This document shows, piece by piece, positions 35,038 through 44,117 of a DNA stretch of 64,000 nt. The notes under the pieces are model-generated. The model had not been told where the DNA came from. It did no database searches and was given only the letters and a program-made list of their open reading frames with translations. The DNA is from an uncultured Candidatus Saccharibacteria bacterium (GTDB taxonomy: Bacteria > Patescibacteriota > Minisyncoccia > Phycocordibacterales > DATGWK01), in assembly GCA_964428845.1 (NCBI GenBank), contig CAYRZH010000002.1, forward strand, positions 6,924-70,923. The letters run 5' to 3'. Every line of letters begins with the position of its first letter. Position 1 is the first letter of the stretch. A program made the position numbers and the translations under genes.

Positions 35038-36357
35038 ATGAAAAAAATATTCAAAAAAATAGTTGTTTGGATTCTTACAGCCGAAGCTCATTTGGTACTC
35101 AAAAAATACAAGCCGAAAATAATTGCAGTTACTGGTAGCGTCGGGAAGACGTCGACCAAAGATGCTATCTACACCATTCTTGCTAGTAAGGCCCATGTAC
35201 GGAAGAGCCAGAAAAGTTTCAATAGTGAGATAGGGGTGCCCCTGACAATTTTGGGTTTAGAGAACGCCTGGAGCAGTCCTCTTGGGTGGCTACACAACTT
35301 TATAGAGGGTTTGATTCTAATAATCTTGCCAAGTATTTATCCAAAAATTGTTATTCTGGAAATAGGTGCAGATAGACCTGGTGATATAGAAAAGATTGGC
35401 AGGTGGATTCACCCGAATATTGTAGTAATAACAAGGTTGAGCAAAGTACCTGTCCACGTCGAGTTTTTTTCTTCCCCTGAAGATGTTAAAAGGGAAAAAG
35501 AATTTCTGGCAAAAGCTCTAAAAAAGGAAGGAATATTAATTTTGAACGCCGATGATGAAGATGTGATGTCCTTTGCGAAGAATGGAAATAGTAATGGAAA
35601 GAATGCTCGTCTCGTCACATATGGTTTTAAAAATAATGCCAAAGTGAAGGCCTCTGAATATAAAATTATTTATGAAAACCGAGACAGTATCAAATTTCCG
35701 ATAGGGATTAGTTACAAGGTGAACTTTGAAACAACGATCTCGGAGGTAACCGTTGGGGGTACGGTGGGTATGCAAAATGCTTATACAAGCCTCGCAGCGA
35801 TCGCTGCAGGTGTTTCGAGTGGATATGACCTTCCAAAGCTTGTAGGTATTTTGAGTGAACATAAAACACCTCCGGGCAGAATGAAAATAATTGATGGATT
35901 GAATAACTCCATTATTATCGATGATTCCTACAATTCTTCTCCTGTGGCGCAGAGTGAAGCCTTGGAAGCGTTACGTGACTTAGATGCACATGGACGCAAA
36001 ATAGTAATACTGGGTGATATGCTCGAGCTGGGGCCATTCTCTGTAGGTGAGCACAAATTGGTCGGAGAGAAGGTGGCAGAAGTAGCATCAAACCTGATCA
36101 CCGTAGGGGTAAGGGCTAGGGCTATCCGAGATGCGGCAATCAATGCTGGCATGAGCGCGAGTTCCACTATTTCCTTTGAGGATTCACGACAAGCTGGAGA
36201 ATATGCCAAATCTCTGATTGGTCCAGGAGATGTAGTTCTCGTGAAGGGCTCTCAAGGAGGTATTCGTATGGAAAGGGCCGTAGAGGCACTTATGGCTAGG
36301 CCGGAGGAAAAAGAAGAGCTACTTGTTCGTCAGGAGCCCGAGTGGCAGAAAAGATAA
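35038..36357 (+). CDS. murF: UDP-N-acetylmuramoyl-tripeptide--D-alanyl-D-alanine ligase
   Basis: Mur ligase P-loop IAVTGSVGKTSTK and Mur ligase middle and C-terminal domains. Confidence 0.8.
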   Translation: MKKIFKKIVVWILTAEAHLVLKKYKPKIIAVTGSVGKTSTKDAIYTILASKAHVRKSQKSFNSEIGVPLTILGLENAWSSPLGWLHNFIEGLILIILPSIYPKIVILEIGADRPGDIEKIGRWIHPNIVVITRLSKVPVHVEFFSSPEDVKREKEFLAKALKKEGILILNADDEDVMSFAKNGNSNGKNARLVTYGFKNNAKVKASEYKIIYENRDSIKFPIGISYKVNFETTISEVTVGGTVGMQNAYTSLAAIAAGVSSGYDLPKLVGILSEHKTPPGRMKIIDGLNNSIIIDDSYNSSPVAQSEALEALRDLDAHGRKIVILGDMLELGPFSVGEHKLVGEKVAEVASNLITVGVRARAIRDAAINAGMSASSTISFEDSRQAGEYAKSLIGPGDVVLVKGSQGGIRMERAVEALMARPEEKEELLVRQEPEWQKR

Positions 36358-36438
36358 AATTTGTGTAGTGTATTGCGTATCGCGCGCATATTTGTCTTCG
36401 TGGCTAATTTATTTTTATATGCACTGCGCGCCTTTAGC

Positions 36439-36510
36439 GGCCCTATCGTCTAACGGTTAGGACGGGAGCTTCTCAAGCTCCAAATCCGGGTTCGATTCCC
36501 GGTAGGGTCA
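36439..36510 (+). tRNA. tRNA-Glu(CUC)
   Basis: GGCCCTA TC GTCT AACGGTTA GGAC G GGAGC TTCTCAA GCTCC AAAT CCGGG TTCGATT CCCGG TAGGGTC A; a Glu-like D-arm. Confidence 0.75.
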
Positions 36511-36650
36511 GAGATTTGAGCGGGCCGAGAAGCTCTGGCCCTAAGCGGGCCGACTTCTCGGCCCGCGTCCGGGAATCGAACGCCGGAGCGATGTTTCGCC
36601 AGTAGGCGAAACCGCGAGGCGGTGCCCAGCCCGAGGCTAGGGCGGCGAGC
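36511..36650. other. GC-rich hairpin-dense segment following the tRNA (includes an inverted T-arm-like fragment)
   Basis: Perfect hairpins GCGGGCCGA cttc TCGGCCCGC (36546-36567) and GTTTCGCC agta GGCGAAAC (36592-36615); GTCCGGGAATCGAACGCC is an inverted partial copy of the tRNA T-arm. Confidence 0.4.
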
Positions 36651-36681
36651 CGAGAGGCGCGGGAGATTCCCGGTAGGGTAA
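36651..36681 (+). repeat. direct repeat DR-a containing a copy of the tRNA-Glu 3' end (att-like)
   Basis: CGAGAGGCGCGGGAGATTCCCGGTAGGGTAA; 14 of its bases (ATTCCCGGTAGGGT) match the tRNA 3' end. Confidence 0.6.
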
Positions 36682-36760
36682 TAGATGCTAAATATTAATT
36701 TGATCATTTGTGTTATATTCTCATAAGAAACACCTTAGCCATTACAGGAGGGAGTAATAA

Positions 36761-37060
36761 ATGAATATTATCAGAGCATGCTGTTTACTTTACCTTTGTA
36801 TTTGTATACCTTCAGACCTAAACCCCATGCTATGGATTGCAGGTAAATTCCTGGAGAGAAATCCCTTGCTACTCTCTATACATCTCTTGCTGTACCTGGC
36901 TTCAGGGATTTTCTTTTGTATAACAATTGGCTATGAAAAAAGAACTGCCAGAAAAAGAATAAGGCTAGGACTCTGTCCTGCGTGTGGTTATGATTGGCGA
37001 GTCACACCTCGAAGATGTCCTGAATGCGGAAGAATTCCGAGGCGCTACAGAATTGTCTGA
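36761..37060 (+). CDS. hypothetical small membrane protein with a C-terminal CxxC..CxxC zinc ribbon (99 aa)
   Basis: ATG preceded by a GGAGGGAG RBS; two TM helices; C-terminal CPACGYDWRVTPRRCPECG; located between DR-a and DR-b. Confidence 0.5.
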   Translation: MNIIRACCLLYLCICIPSDLNPMLWIAGKFLERNPLLLSIHLLLYLASGIFFCITIGYEKRTARKRIRLGLCPACGYDWRVTPRRCPECGRIPRRYRIV

Positions 37061-37073
37061 GCGTCTTTTTAGT

Positions 37074-37104
37074 CGAGAGGCGCGGGAGATTCCCGGTAGG
37101 GTCA
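37074..37104 (+). repeat. direct repeat DR-b (second copy, 30/31 identical to DR-a)
   Basis: CGAGAGGCGCGGGAGATTCCCGGTAGGGTCA; 17 nt are identical to the tRNA-Glu 3' end including the discriminator. Confidence 0.6.
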
Positions 37105-37149
37105 TGCGAGCAAAAAATCACGGCCTTTTGCTCATATTAGATAAAACAA

Positions 37150-37190
37150 AACCCCGTCCAAACAAGCGCGGGGCTTGTCTGAAACGGGGT
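37150..37190 (-). terminator. intrinsic terminator for gene 37201-37779
   Basis: Minus-sense CCCCGTTTCAGACAAG ccccgcg CTTGTTTGGACGGGG followed by TTTTGTTTT. Confidence 0.6.
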
Positions 37191-37200
37191 GAATGAATGA

Positions 37201-37779
37201 TCAGATGCGGCGGAAGAAGCTCAAGAAGTTGGTGATTCTCCTCACCACACTACGCTGGCTCAATCTCCCACGGAGTTCCCTGATCGTTGCCAACGCTCCA
37301 CCCAACTGCTGTTGGGTTTGCATGAGCTCGTTTTCGAGTTGCTTACGAGATTTGCCGTTCTGGCGTCCCTCGTAGCTCTCCTCGGGACGGATCGCGCCGG
37401 TCTTCACCATGTGCAGAATCGCCCTGAGGTCTTCCATGTTGTCGGCGATGATCCTGAGCGAGTACACCGGCAATTCGCGCCTGGAGTTTCCGCGTTCTCC
37501 CGGCGTGAGCTCGCATACTGCACTCCCATGCCGATAGACGCCGGATTCTCTGGGGCCCATTCGTGGGATTTCCTCGTGGCACGAGATTCTTACCACCAGA
37601 TTCTTCAGCGCGTCGGGGATGTCGTTGTCTTCTCTCCATGAGATATAAGGGGTAGAATCTCTATCGTACACATACTCACCAAAGATAGTTGTCTGATCTG
37701 CTGTGCCGTTCCTGCCGGGCTGACTCTTGTACTCGGGGAGCTCACGAACCTCGCCGCTTAGGTACACGTTGATGGACAT
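37201..37779 (-). CDS. hypothetical protein (192 aa), GC-rich, C-terminal coiled-coil
   Basis: The internal ATG at 37779 has an AAAAGGAG RBS; about 58% GC; no family recognised. Confidence 0.5.
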   Translation of the reverse strand: MSINVYLSGEVRELPEYKSQPGRNGTADQTTIFGEYVYDRDSTPYISWREDNDIPDALKNLVVRISCHEEIPRMGPRESGVYRHGSAVCELTPGERGNSRRELPVYSLRIIADNMEDLRAILHMVKTGAIRPEESYEGRQNGKSRKQLENELMQTQQQLGGALATIRELRGRLSQRSVVRRITNFLSFFRRI

Positions 37780-38089
37780 GACTTTCTCCTTTTGTCGCTC
37801 TGGAATCGGTAGGGTTACTGGCCCAGTCCGTTCCACAAGTCGATCTGGTATCATGGTAGCATATACTATTACTTATGTCAATAGTTTTATATTTTCCAAA
37901 TAACCCCTGAAATTAGGCTTTCTAGCTTCTGTAAAATAAAATCTTTCCGAGGCTAGGGTGGCGAGTAGACAAATATCTATAGTAGGTAGAGAATTTGGGT
38001 AAAGGTCGGTCGTCACTACTCCTCTTTAAGATACCCGCAGTTGCGGGCCAAAAAACGACGGTAAAGATTAGGATTAACAACAAAAGATT

Positions 38090-38230
38090 ATGGCAACACA
38101 AAACCACGCCAACCCGATTGACAGAAAAAGATTCCTACGAAAAGAAGGCCATCTGACTCGTCCACCACGCCTCGAAGGTGTAGTTAAAGAAAAAATGATG
38201 AAAGCAGTTAAGAAGAAGCCAAATGTTTAA
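38090..38230 (+). CDS. possible small basic protein (46 aa) overlapping the start of the PRTase gene
   Basis: ORF MATQNHANPIDRKRFLRKEGHLTRPPRLEGVVKEKMMKAVKKKPNV found by eye (below the ORF-track cutoff); weak RBS. Confidence 0.25.
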   Translation: MATQNHANPIDRKRFLRKEGHLTRPPRLEGVVKEKMMKAVKKKPNV

Positions 38231-38846
38231 AGACCGAAGAGAGGCAGGACGCAAACTGGCAGAAAAACTTGAAGCCTACCGTGGTGAAAACGGACTGATA
38301 CTTGCATTACCGCGAGGCGGGGTAGTTCTTGGGCATGAGATTGCCCATGCTCTTTCGATGCCGCTTGATATCATAACAACTCGAAAGATAGGACACCCAT
38401 CGAACCCAGAATATGCTATCGGAGCAGTAGATCAGGATGGTGTGACTATCCTAAATGAATCGGAAATCGCTTCAGTTGATAAGGAGTGGCTAAGAGACGA
38501 GGTCGAAAAACAAAAGGCGGAAGCGGTCCGCCGCAACGATTTGTATCGCAAACAAAGTAGAGCCCTTGAGGTTGGCGATAAAATCATAATCATCGTAGAT
38601 GACGGCATCGCCACTGGTTTTACCATGCGGCTCGCTGTGAAAGTGATCAAAAACAGAAACCCCAAAAGGGTAATTGTGGCGGTACCTGTTGCATCTCAAG
38701 AAACTATACAAAGGCTCAAAAAAGAGGGAGCGGATGAAATAATTGTACTTGAACCACCAGAGGAATTTATGGGAGCTGTCGGTGCGCATTACCAGCAATT
38801 TGACCAAGTTGATGATGAAGAAGTTATTAATCTGTTAAATTTATAA
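38223..38846 (+). CDS. phosphoribosyltransferase-family protein (COG1926-like)
   Basis: PRTase fold motif IIIVDDGIATGFT. Confidence 0.7.
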   Translation: MFKDRREAGRKLAEKLEAYRGENGLILALPRGGVVLGHEIAHALSMPLDIITTRKIGHPSNPEYAIGAVDQDGVTILNESEIASVDKEWLRDEVEKQKAEAVRRNDLYRKQSRALEVGDKIIIIVDDGIATGFTMRLAVKVIKNRNPKRVIVAVPVASQETIQRLKKEGADEIIVLEPPEEFMGAVGAHYQQFDQVDDEEVINLLNL

Positions 38847-38851
38847 TTTTT

Positions 38852-39082
38852 ATGAATCAAAAAAATATTTTGAAAATAGTTTTCATTCTCTCGCTTTTGG
38901 GGACCATTTTTTCTGGGACACTGTCATATATGGAGATTTTTAGTTCAACAGCAACGTGTCCTGCTCTCGGTGCTCCAGGTACGATTCTCGGATATCCCGC
39001 TTGTGTCTATGGTTTCGGCATGTTTATTCTACTCACGATAATCTCGGCGATCGGCCTCTGGGGCAATAAAAAACAAGAATAA
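38852..39082 (+). CDS. hypothetical small membrane protein with paired Cys (CPALG..PAC)
   Basis: Two TM helices; immediately follows the PRTase gene. Confidence 0.4.
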   Translation: MNQKNILKIVFILSLLGTIFSGTLSYMEIFSSTATCPALGAPGTILGYPACVYGFGMFILLTIISAIGLWGNKKQE

Positions 39083-39179
39083 AATTTCCTAAGGAATAAA
39101 TCTTGGCACGCCCTTGCAAAAAGCCGCTATATTGGCGTAGACTTCCTAGTGGATCGAATCAAACCAAGGGAGACTTACC

Positions 39180-39470
39180 ATGGAGCAAATGTCCCGAGAC
39201 GAATGGGAGTGGTTGCAGAAGCATGCCCGGATTGAGAATGGTGTTTACGTCTGCAAGCAGACGGGCGCTACGATAGCGACAGCCTTGGTTCCCAGATCAC
39301 TTTGGTTTAGGGGGTTTATGGGTGGTCCTGGCGAAGTGGAGTCGATACTGCATGTTTGTTGTCCATCCTGTCAGCCAGGCAAAGTCCCGCCTGAAAGAGG
39401 GACGAGCATCTACGAAGATGATATCGTCACAGTCGATGTGAATCCTGTTTTTCCAGCCGCTACTAGCTAG
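39180..39470 (+). CDS. hypothetical protein (96 aa), GC-rich
   Basis: AAGGGAGA RBS; Cys cluster VCK..HVCCPSCQ; about 57% GC. Confidence 0.45.
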   Translation: MEQMSRDEWEWLQKHARIENGVYVCKQTGATIATALVPRSLWFRGFMGGPGEVESILHVCCPSCQPGKVPPERGTSIYEDDIVTVDVNPVFPAATS

Positions 39471-39474
39471 CGGT

Positions 39475-39514
39475 CTTTTTTTGTACAAAAAAAGAGCAGG
39501 ATTGATTCCTGCCC
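39475..39514. terminator. bidirectional terminator between the convergent GC-rich genes
   Basis: CTTTTTTTGTACAAAAAAAG palindrome plus a GCAGGA ttgat TCCTGC hairpin. Confidence 0.5.
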
Positions 39515-39521
39515 TCGATGG

Positions 39522-39893
39522 TCAAACAACCCCCCGCATTCTCTCCTCGCGAGTAAGTCCAGGCCAGGGGAGGGACTTAGGTACTCGCCGCCTCTTGGGC
39601 GTGGCACTACTTGTCACCCTTGACGCACGAACTACGCCCATCTTCTCTCGCTCGCGCAAAAGCTCACGCTTCTGTGCTGCCCGTTTGCCGAAGAACTTGC
39701 CCATCTCGGCCATACAGGCGGCGATCGTTTCCGGCGACCGAATGTTATGGTCTCGGATGGTTCGGAAAAGAAGGGCCCTGAAATCTGGACGTTCCTTCTT
39801 TCCGCTCCGATGAAGGCTCATCTCGGCGGCATATCGCGTTGAAGCCTTGTCGATAAGCATCCGCACCACGGGGTCAACTGGTCTTTCTTCCAC
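39522..39893 (-). CDS. hypothetical basic protein (123 aa), GC-rich
   Basis: GTG start with an AAAGGAG RBS; Arg/Lys-rich C-terminus. Confidence 0.4.
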   Translation of the reverse strand: MEERPVDPVVRMLIDKASTRYAAEMSLHRSGKKERPDFRALLFRTIRDHNIRSPETIAACMAEMGKFFGKRAAQKRELLREREKMGVVRASRVTSSATPKRRRVPKSLPWPGLTREERMRGVV

Positions 39894-39974
39894 TCCGATA
39901 CTCCTTTATCCAGAGGTGAATGATTTTGTTCTTTCTATTGCAATTATACCACTTACCATGGCATTGTCAAACGA

Positions 39975-40427
39975 TTATCCCCACAACCCCTCCACAACCG
40001 CCTTCACATCGTCTCCTGCCGCTTTTCCTTTGAGCTCTTTCATTACTGCACCCATAAGCATTCCGGCCTTAGACTTATCCGCCACACCCATTTCGTCTTT
40101 CTTTTTTTTAGCAACAACCGCAATTTCCTCGCGGCTCATCATTTTCGGACTGTATTCTTCAATTATCTTTAATTCAGCAGTCTCCGCTGCTACAAGATCC
40201 TCCCTCGCACCTTTCTTAAACTGCTCGATTGAGTCCTTTCTTTGTTTTATTGCTCTTTGGATTACTACGAGGGCGTCAGCATCAGATATTGTCTCGTCCG
40301 GCTTTCTCATTTTTGCCACGAGTTCATTTGTGAATGCGGCGATGAGGCCACGCAGTACCGTCACGCGGACGCTATCCTTTGCAAGCATCGCTTTCTTCAT
40401 ATCCTCACGAATTTTTTCTTGGATCAT
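39975..40427 (-). CDS. GatB/YqeY domain-containing protein
   Basis: IQEKIREDMKKAMLAKDSVRVTVLRGLIAAF matches the YqeY N-terminus. Confidence 0.75.
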   Translation of the reverse strand: MIQEKIREDMKKAMLAKDSVRVTVLRGLIAAFTNELVAKMRKPDETISDADALVVIQRAIKQRKDSIEQFKKGAREDLVAAETAELKIIEEYSPKMMSREEIAVVAKKKKDEMGVADKSKAGMLMGAVMKELKGKAAGDDVKAVVEGLWG

Positions 40428-40500
40428 ATTTGTTTCGCGCTTTGTGTTTTTAATTTTTCTTACTCTATCACATTTCGAAGCTCGTTGATATAATGGGCGC

Positions 40501-41571
40501 ATGATTTATGGTCTCATTATCGGCGGCATAGTGGTCGTGATCCTCATAAATGCACTTTTTTTCTGGTTTATCACCCAGAGGCTCGGTAAAAGGGGAGAGG
40601 AACCAGCGAAAAATGATGCAGGCCTCAACTTACTCCTCCAGCAAATGAATGAGCTCTCGAGAAACATGGACCTCAAAATGGGAGAGACGAGCCGCCAAGT
40701 CCACGACTCTATGCGTTCCCAATTTAGCGAGTCTGCCAAGCTCATCCGCGAAGTGACCCAAGGACTTACCAAGCTCGACGAGACCAACAAGCAGGTGGTC
40801 TCTTTTGCAGACCAACTTCAGTCACTCCAAGACATTTTGAAAAACCCAAAGCAGCGTGGAATCCTCGGCGAGTATTATCTCGAGGCCCTCCTTAAAAATG
40901 TTCTTCCTCCAGGAAGCTACCAGATGCAGTATCCGTTTAAAGACGGAACCATTGTGGACGCTGTGGTTTTTGTAAAAGACAAGATCATACCTATTGACTC
41001 TAAGTTTTCTCTTGAAAACTACAACCGTCTTGTCGAAGAGAGGGACCCAGTCGAAAAAGAAAAACTAGAAAAAGCTTTTCGCGCCGATCTCAAGCTCCGT
41101 ATTGACGAAACATCTAAGTATGTAAAGCCGGCGGAAAATACCATGGACTTTGCCTTCATGTTTATTCCTCACGAAGCCATATACTATGATCTTCTCGTGG
41201 CTCAAGTCGGAGCAGTAAAAGTAAATACCCGCGACCTCATCGACTATGCATTCAAAGATCGTCGAGTCATCATCGTCTCGCCGACATCCTTCCTGGCGTA
41301 CCTCCAGACAGTTCTTCAGGGCCTGAAGGCTCTGCAGATAGAGGAGTCAGCCAAAGAGATACTTGGGCGTGTGGAAGTCCTAGGGAAGCACCTGGGGGCC
41401 TATGAGCAGTTTATGGGGTCCCTGGGTAGCTCGCTCGGTACTACCGTCAATCATTACAACAGAGCTCATAAAGAACTCCAGAAGATAGACAAGGATGTGC
41501 TGAAAATAACGGGAATTTCGGCGGGGGTAGAAGCCGCTCTCATAGAAAAACCCGAGGCGGGGGAGAGCTAA
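40501..41571 (+). CDS. rmuC: DNA recombination protein RmuC
   Basis: N-terminal TM helix and coiled-coil plus the RmuC core (GILGEYYLEALL, FMFIPHEAIY). Confidence 0.8.
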   Translation: MIYGLIIGGIVVVILINALFFWFITQRLGKRGEEPAKNDAGLNLLLQQMNELSRNMDLKMGETSRQVHDSMRSQFSESAKLIREVTQGLTKLDETNKQVVSFADQLQSLQDILKNPKQRGILGEYYLEALLKNVLPPGSYQMQYPFKDGTIVDAVVFVKDKIIPIDSKFSLENYNRLVEERDPVEKEKLEKAFRADLKLRIDETSKYVKPAENTMDFAFMFIPHEAIYYDLLVAQVGAVKVNTRDLIDYAFKDRRVIIVSPTSFLAYLQTVLQGLKALQIEESAKEILGRVEVLGKHLGAYEQFMGSLGSSLGTTVNHYNRAHKELQKIDKDVLKITGISAGVEAALIEKPEAGES

Positions 41572-41678
41572 GGTCATTTGCAGGTATTGGGCCTGTGTTG
41601 AGTGGGCAGATCTCGAAATTTCTTGAATTATGGCCTAGAGATTGCATTTTCCAAAGCTGTGTGTAGAATAGGGGAATT

Positions 41679-41996
41679 ATGGAATATGCCGTTATAGAGA
41701 CGGGTGGCAAACAATACCAGGTAAAAGCTGGCGATGTTTTAAAGATCGAAAAAATGCCAGGAGATTTTAGGGCGGGTGATTCTATCACCTTCGACAAAGT
41801 ATTATTGGTTGATAACGGTAAAGATACAACCATTGGCACTCCCTACATTTCTGGGGCTAAGGTCCTCGCAAAATTTGAGAAGGCTGGGCGCAATAAAACT
41901 GTTGATGTGGTTAAGTATAAACAAAAGAGTAGGTACTATAAGAAATATGGGCATCGTCAGCCATATTTTGAGGTTAAGATTGAGTCTATAAAATAA
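41679..41996 (+). CDS. rplU: 50S ribosomal protein L21
   Basis: MEYAVIETGGKQYQVKAGDVLKIEK is the L21 signature. Confidence 0.9.
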   Translation: MEYAVIETGGKQYQVKAGDVLKIEKMPGDFRAGDSITFDKVLLVDNGKDTTIGTPYISGAKVLAKFEKAGRNKTVDVVKYKQKSRYYKKYGHRQPYFEVKIESIK

Positions 41997-42012
41997 GCCG
42001 AACGATAGTATA

Positions 42013-42630
42013 TCACTGCCTGTTTCTAAGGGCATTTTTTATTGTCTCGTTGTCCGAATATTCTAATTCTGTCCCTAGCGAAAGACCCTTGCCCAATGTA
42101 GTAATTTTTAGTGGATATTTGTCTAAAAAGGGAGAGAGCGCCCTCTTTACAAAATCCGCCGTGTTTTCTCCAAGGGAATTGAAGTTCATGGCCAGGATGA
42201 TTTCTGTGAGACCACCTCTAGCTCGTTCCTCCACTGTTTTTAAAAGTTCTTTCAGGCGGATTCGTTTTTCTGGGGCGTCTTCAAGTATTGGTACCGAACC
42301 ACCGAGTACGAAGTAGTTTCCCTTAAAGGAACCAGTTTTTTCAATATTTTCCATATCCACGTCGTAGCTCACTATAGCCAAGAGCGAATTATCCCTATTT
42401 TTATCTCTGCATATTTTGCATTTATCTGTCGCTACCGATTCTCTTGGGAAAAATCGAAAGCAGGACTTGCAGGTAGAAACTTCTTTCTTTATGTCAGCAA
42501 TAAGGAGTGTAAGCTCGTCTATGTAACCTGAATTCTTTGTTAAAAGGAAATATACGAACCTTCTTGCCTGGCGCCCGCCGATCCCAGGAAATTCTGAAAA
42601 TAGTTCAGTAAGTTTGTTAAGAACGTTCAT
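42013..42630 (-). CDS. recR: recombination protein RecR
   Basis: HhH N-terminus (LPGIGGRQARR), a C4 zinc finger and a Toprim domain. Confidence 0.9.
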   Translation of the reverse strand: MNVLNKLTELFSEFPGIGGRQARRFVYFLLTKNSGYIDELTLLIADIKKEVSTCKSCFRFFPRESVATDKCKICRDKNRDNSLLAIVSYDVDMENIEKTGSFKGNYFVLGGSVPILEDAPEKRIRLKELLKTVEERARGGLTEIILAMNFNSLGENTADFVKRALSPFLDKYPLKITTLGKGLSLGTELEYSDNETIKNALRNRQ

Positions 42631-42659
42631 TTTGGATTATCTGTTTGGTTATCTAACAG

Positions 42660-44039
42660 TTAAAACTGGGCAAACTCTTTCTCGGCTCCACCAAAATTGC
42701 TCTTGTTGATACTTTGAAATGTCACCTTCTTATCATTGAAAAATAGTTCTACTTTCCCGGTTTCGCCATTTCTATGCTTCTCAATCAATATTTCGGCGAT
42801 ATTAGTTTTTTCTGATTCCTCTTTATATTTATCCTCGCGGTGAATGAACATAACAACGTCAGCATCCTGCTCTATGGAGCCGGAATCACGCAGGTCGGAA
42901 AGGCGAGGCCTGCCTCCGCGTTGTTCAACTGCGCGAGAAAGCTGTGATAGAGCAAGTATTGGTATGTCGAGCTCACGGGCGAGGTTTTTAAGGGACCTGG
43001 ATATTTCAGTGACTTGTTGCACCAAGTTATCACTGACACGGGCACCTACGGGAACCATGAGTTGGAGATAGTCAACCACCAAGAGCTTCAACCCCTTTTC
43101 ACTCTTTAGCCGACGGGCGATAGAGCGCATTTTGAGAATACTGTTGCCCGGCTGGTCATCGATGTAGATAGGGGCCTTGGAAAGGCGGTCTAGAGACTGC
43201 CTAATCGAGGCGAATTCATCCTCCTGGGTGAGGCGACCGGTACGAAGCTTCCAAGCGTCAACGTTTGACTGGGAAGCCAGCATTCTGTCGACAAGTTGCT
43301 GTGAGCTCATCTCCAGAGAAAAAATACCAACAGGAGTGTTGTGATTTATCGCCGTCTGTCGGGCAATGTCTAGAGCCAAAGAAGTTTTGCCCATAGAAGG
43401 TCGTGCAGCAAGGATTATAAGATCAGAATTTTGGAATCCAGATAGTTTGCTGTCAAGTTCCTGAAAACCGGTTGGCACACCGCGCAAACCCTCCTTGGTA
43501 TTGTGTAATCTGTCGAGGCGCTCCCAAGCTTCGGAAAGTTCGTCTTTAAGCTCTACAAATTTGTGTACTCCGGAGTAACTTGTAACATCAAAGATTTTCT
43601 TCTCTGCTCGATCAAGCATTTCCTCAAGATCTGTCGCTTCGTCGAAACCTAGATTTGAAATATGCTCGGCCACCTCAATGAGCCGGCGCATCATATATTT
43701 CTTCTGGACTATCTCTGCATAATACTTAGCGTTGGAAGAAGAGGGGACACTGCCAACAAGACTAGAAAGAAAAGTCGCGCCACCTATTTGGTCCAGCTGA
43801 TTTTTCTCCTTGAGCCGAGATGAGACAGAGAGAAGATCGATCGGGTTGCTTTTCCGAAAAAGCTCGAACATGGCATCAAATATAATTCGATTTTTTTCAG
43901 AATAGAAAGCATCTCGAGAGATAATATCGATGACTTCATACATCGCCTCCGGACGAAGCATGATCGAGCCAAGGAGGGCGGTTTCGGCCTCAAGGCTCTG
44001 TGGTGGTATGCGCAGATGGCTTTTAAGTTCCGGCGTCAT
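42660..44039 (-). CDS. dnaB: replicative DNA helicase DnaB
   Basis: DnaB N-domain, Walker A ARPSMGKTS, and the RecA-like C-domain. Confidence 0.9.
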   Translation of the reverse strand: MTPELKSHLRIPPQSLEAETALLGSIMLRPEAMYEVIDIISRDAFYSEKNRIIFDAMFELFRKSNPIDLLSVSSRLKEKNQLDQIGGATFLSSLVGSVPSSSNAKYYAEIVQKKYMMRRLIEVAEHISNLGFDEATDLEEMLDRAEKKIFDVTSYSGVHKFVELKDELSEAWERLDRLHNTKEGLRGVPTGFQELDSKLSGFQNSDLIILAARPSMGKTSLALDIARQTAINHNTPVGIFSLEMSSQQLVDRMLASQSNVDAWKLRTGRLTQEDEFASIRQSLDRLSKAPIYIDDQPGNSILKMRSIARRLKSEKGLKLLVVDYLQLMVPVGARVSDNLVQQVTEISRSLKNLARELDIPILALSQLSRAVEQRGGRPRLSDLRDSGSIEQDADVVMFIHREDKYKEESEKTNIAEILIEKHRNGETGKVELFFNDKKVTFQSINKSNFGGAEKEFAQF

Positions 44040-44117
44040 CCCAACATATTACCAGAGGTTGCCCTTTATCAAGTAGTGACAAGTTTGCCTAAACTGTTTC
44101 TAAGATGTTTATAAATA

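Noticed and set aside
39847-40488. 213-aa plus-strand ORF opposite the YqeY gene
   Set aside because: It is antisense to a recognisable GatB/YqeY-domain protein and has low-complexity Ser/Ala/Ile composition.
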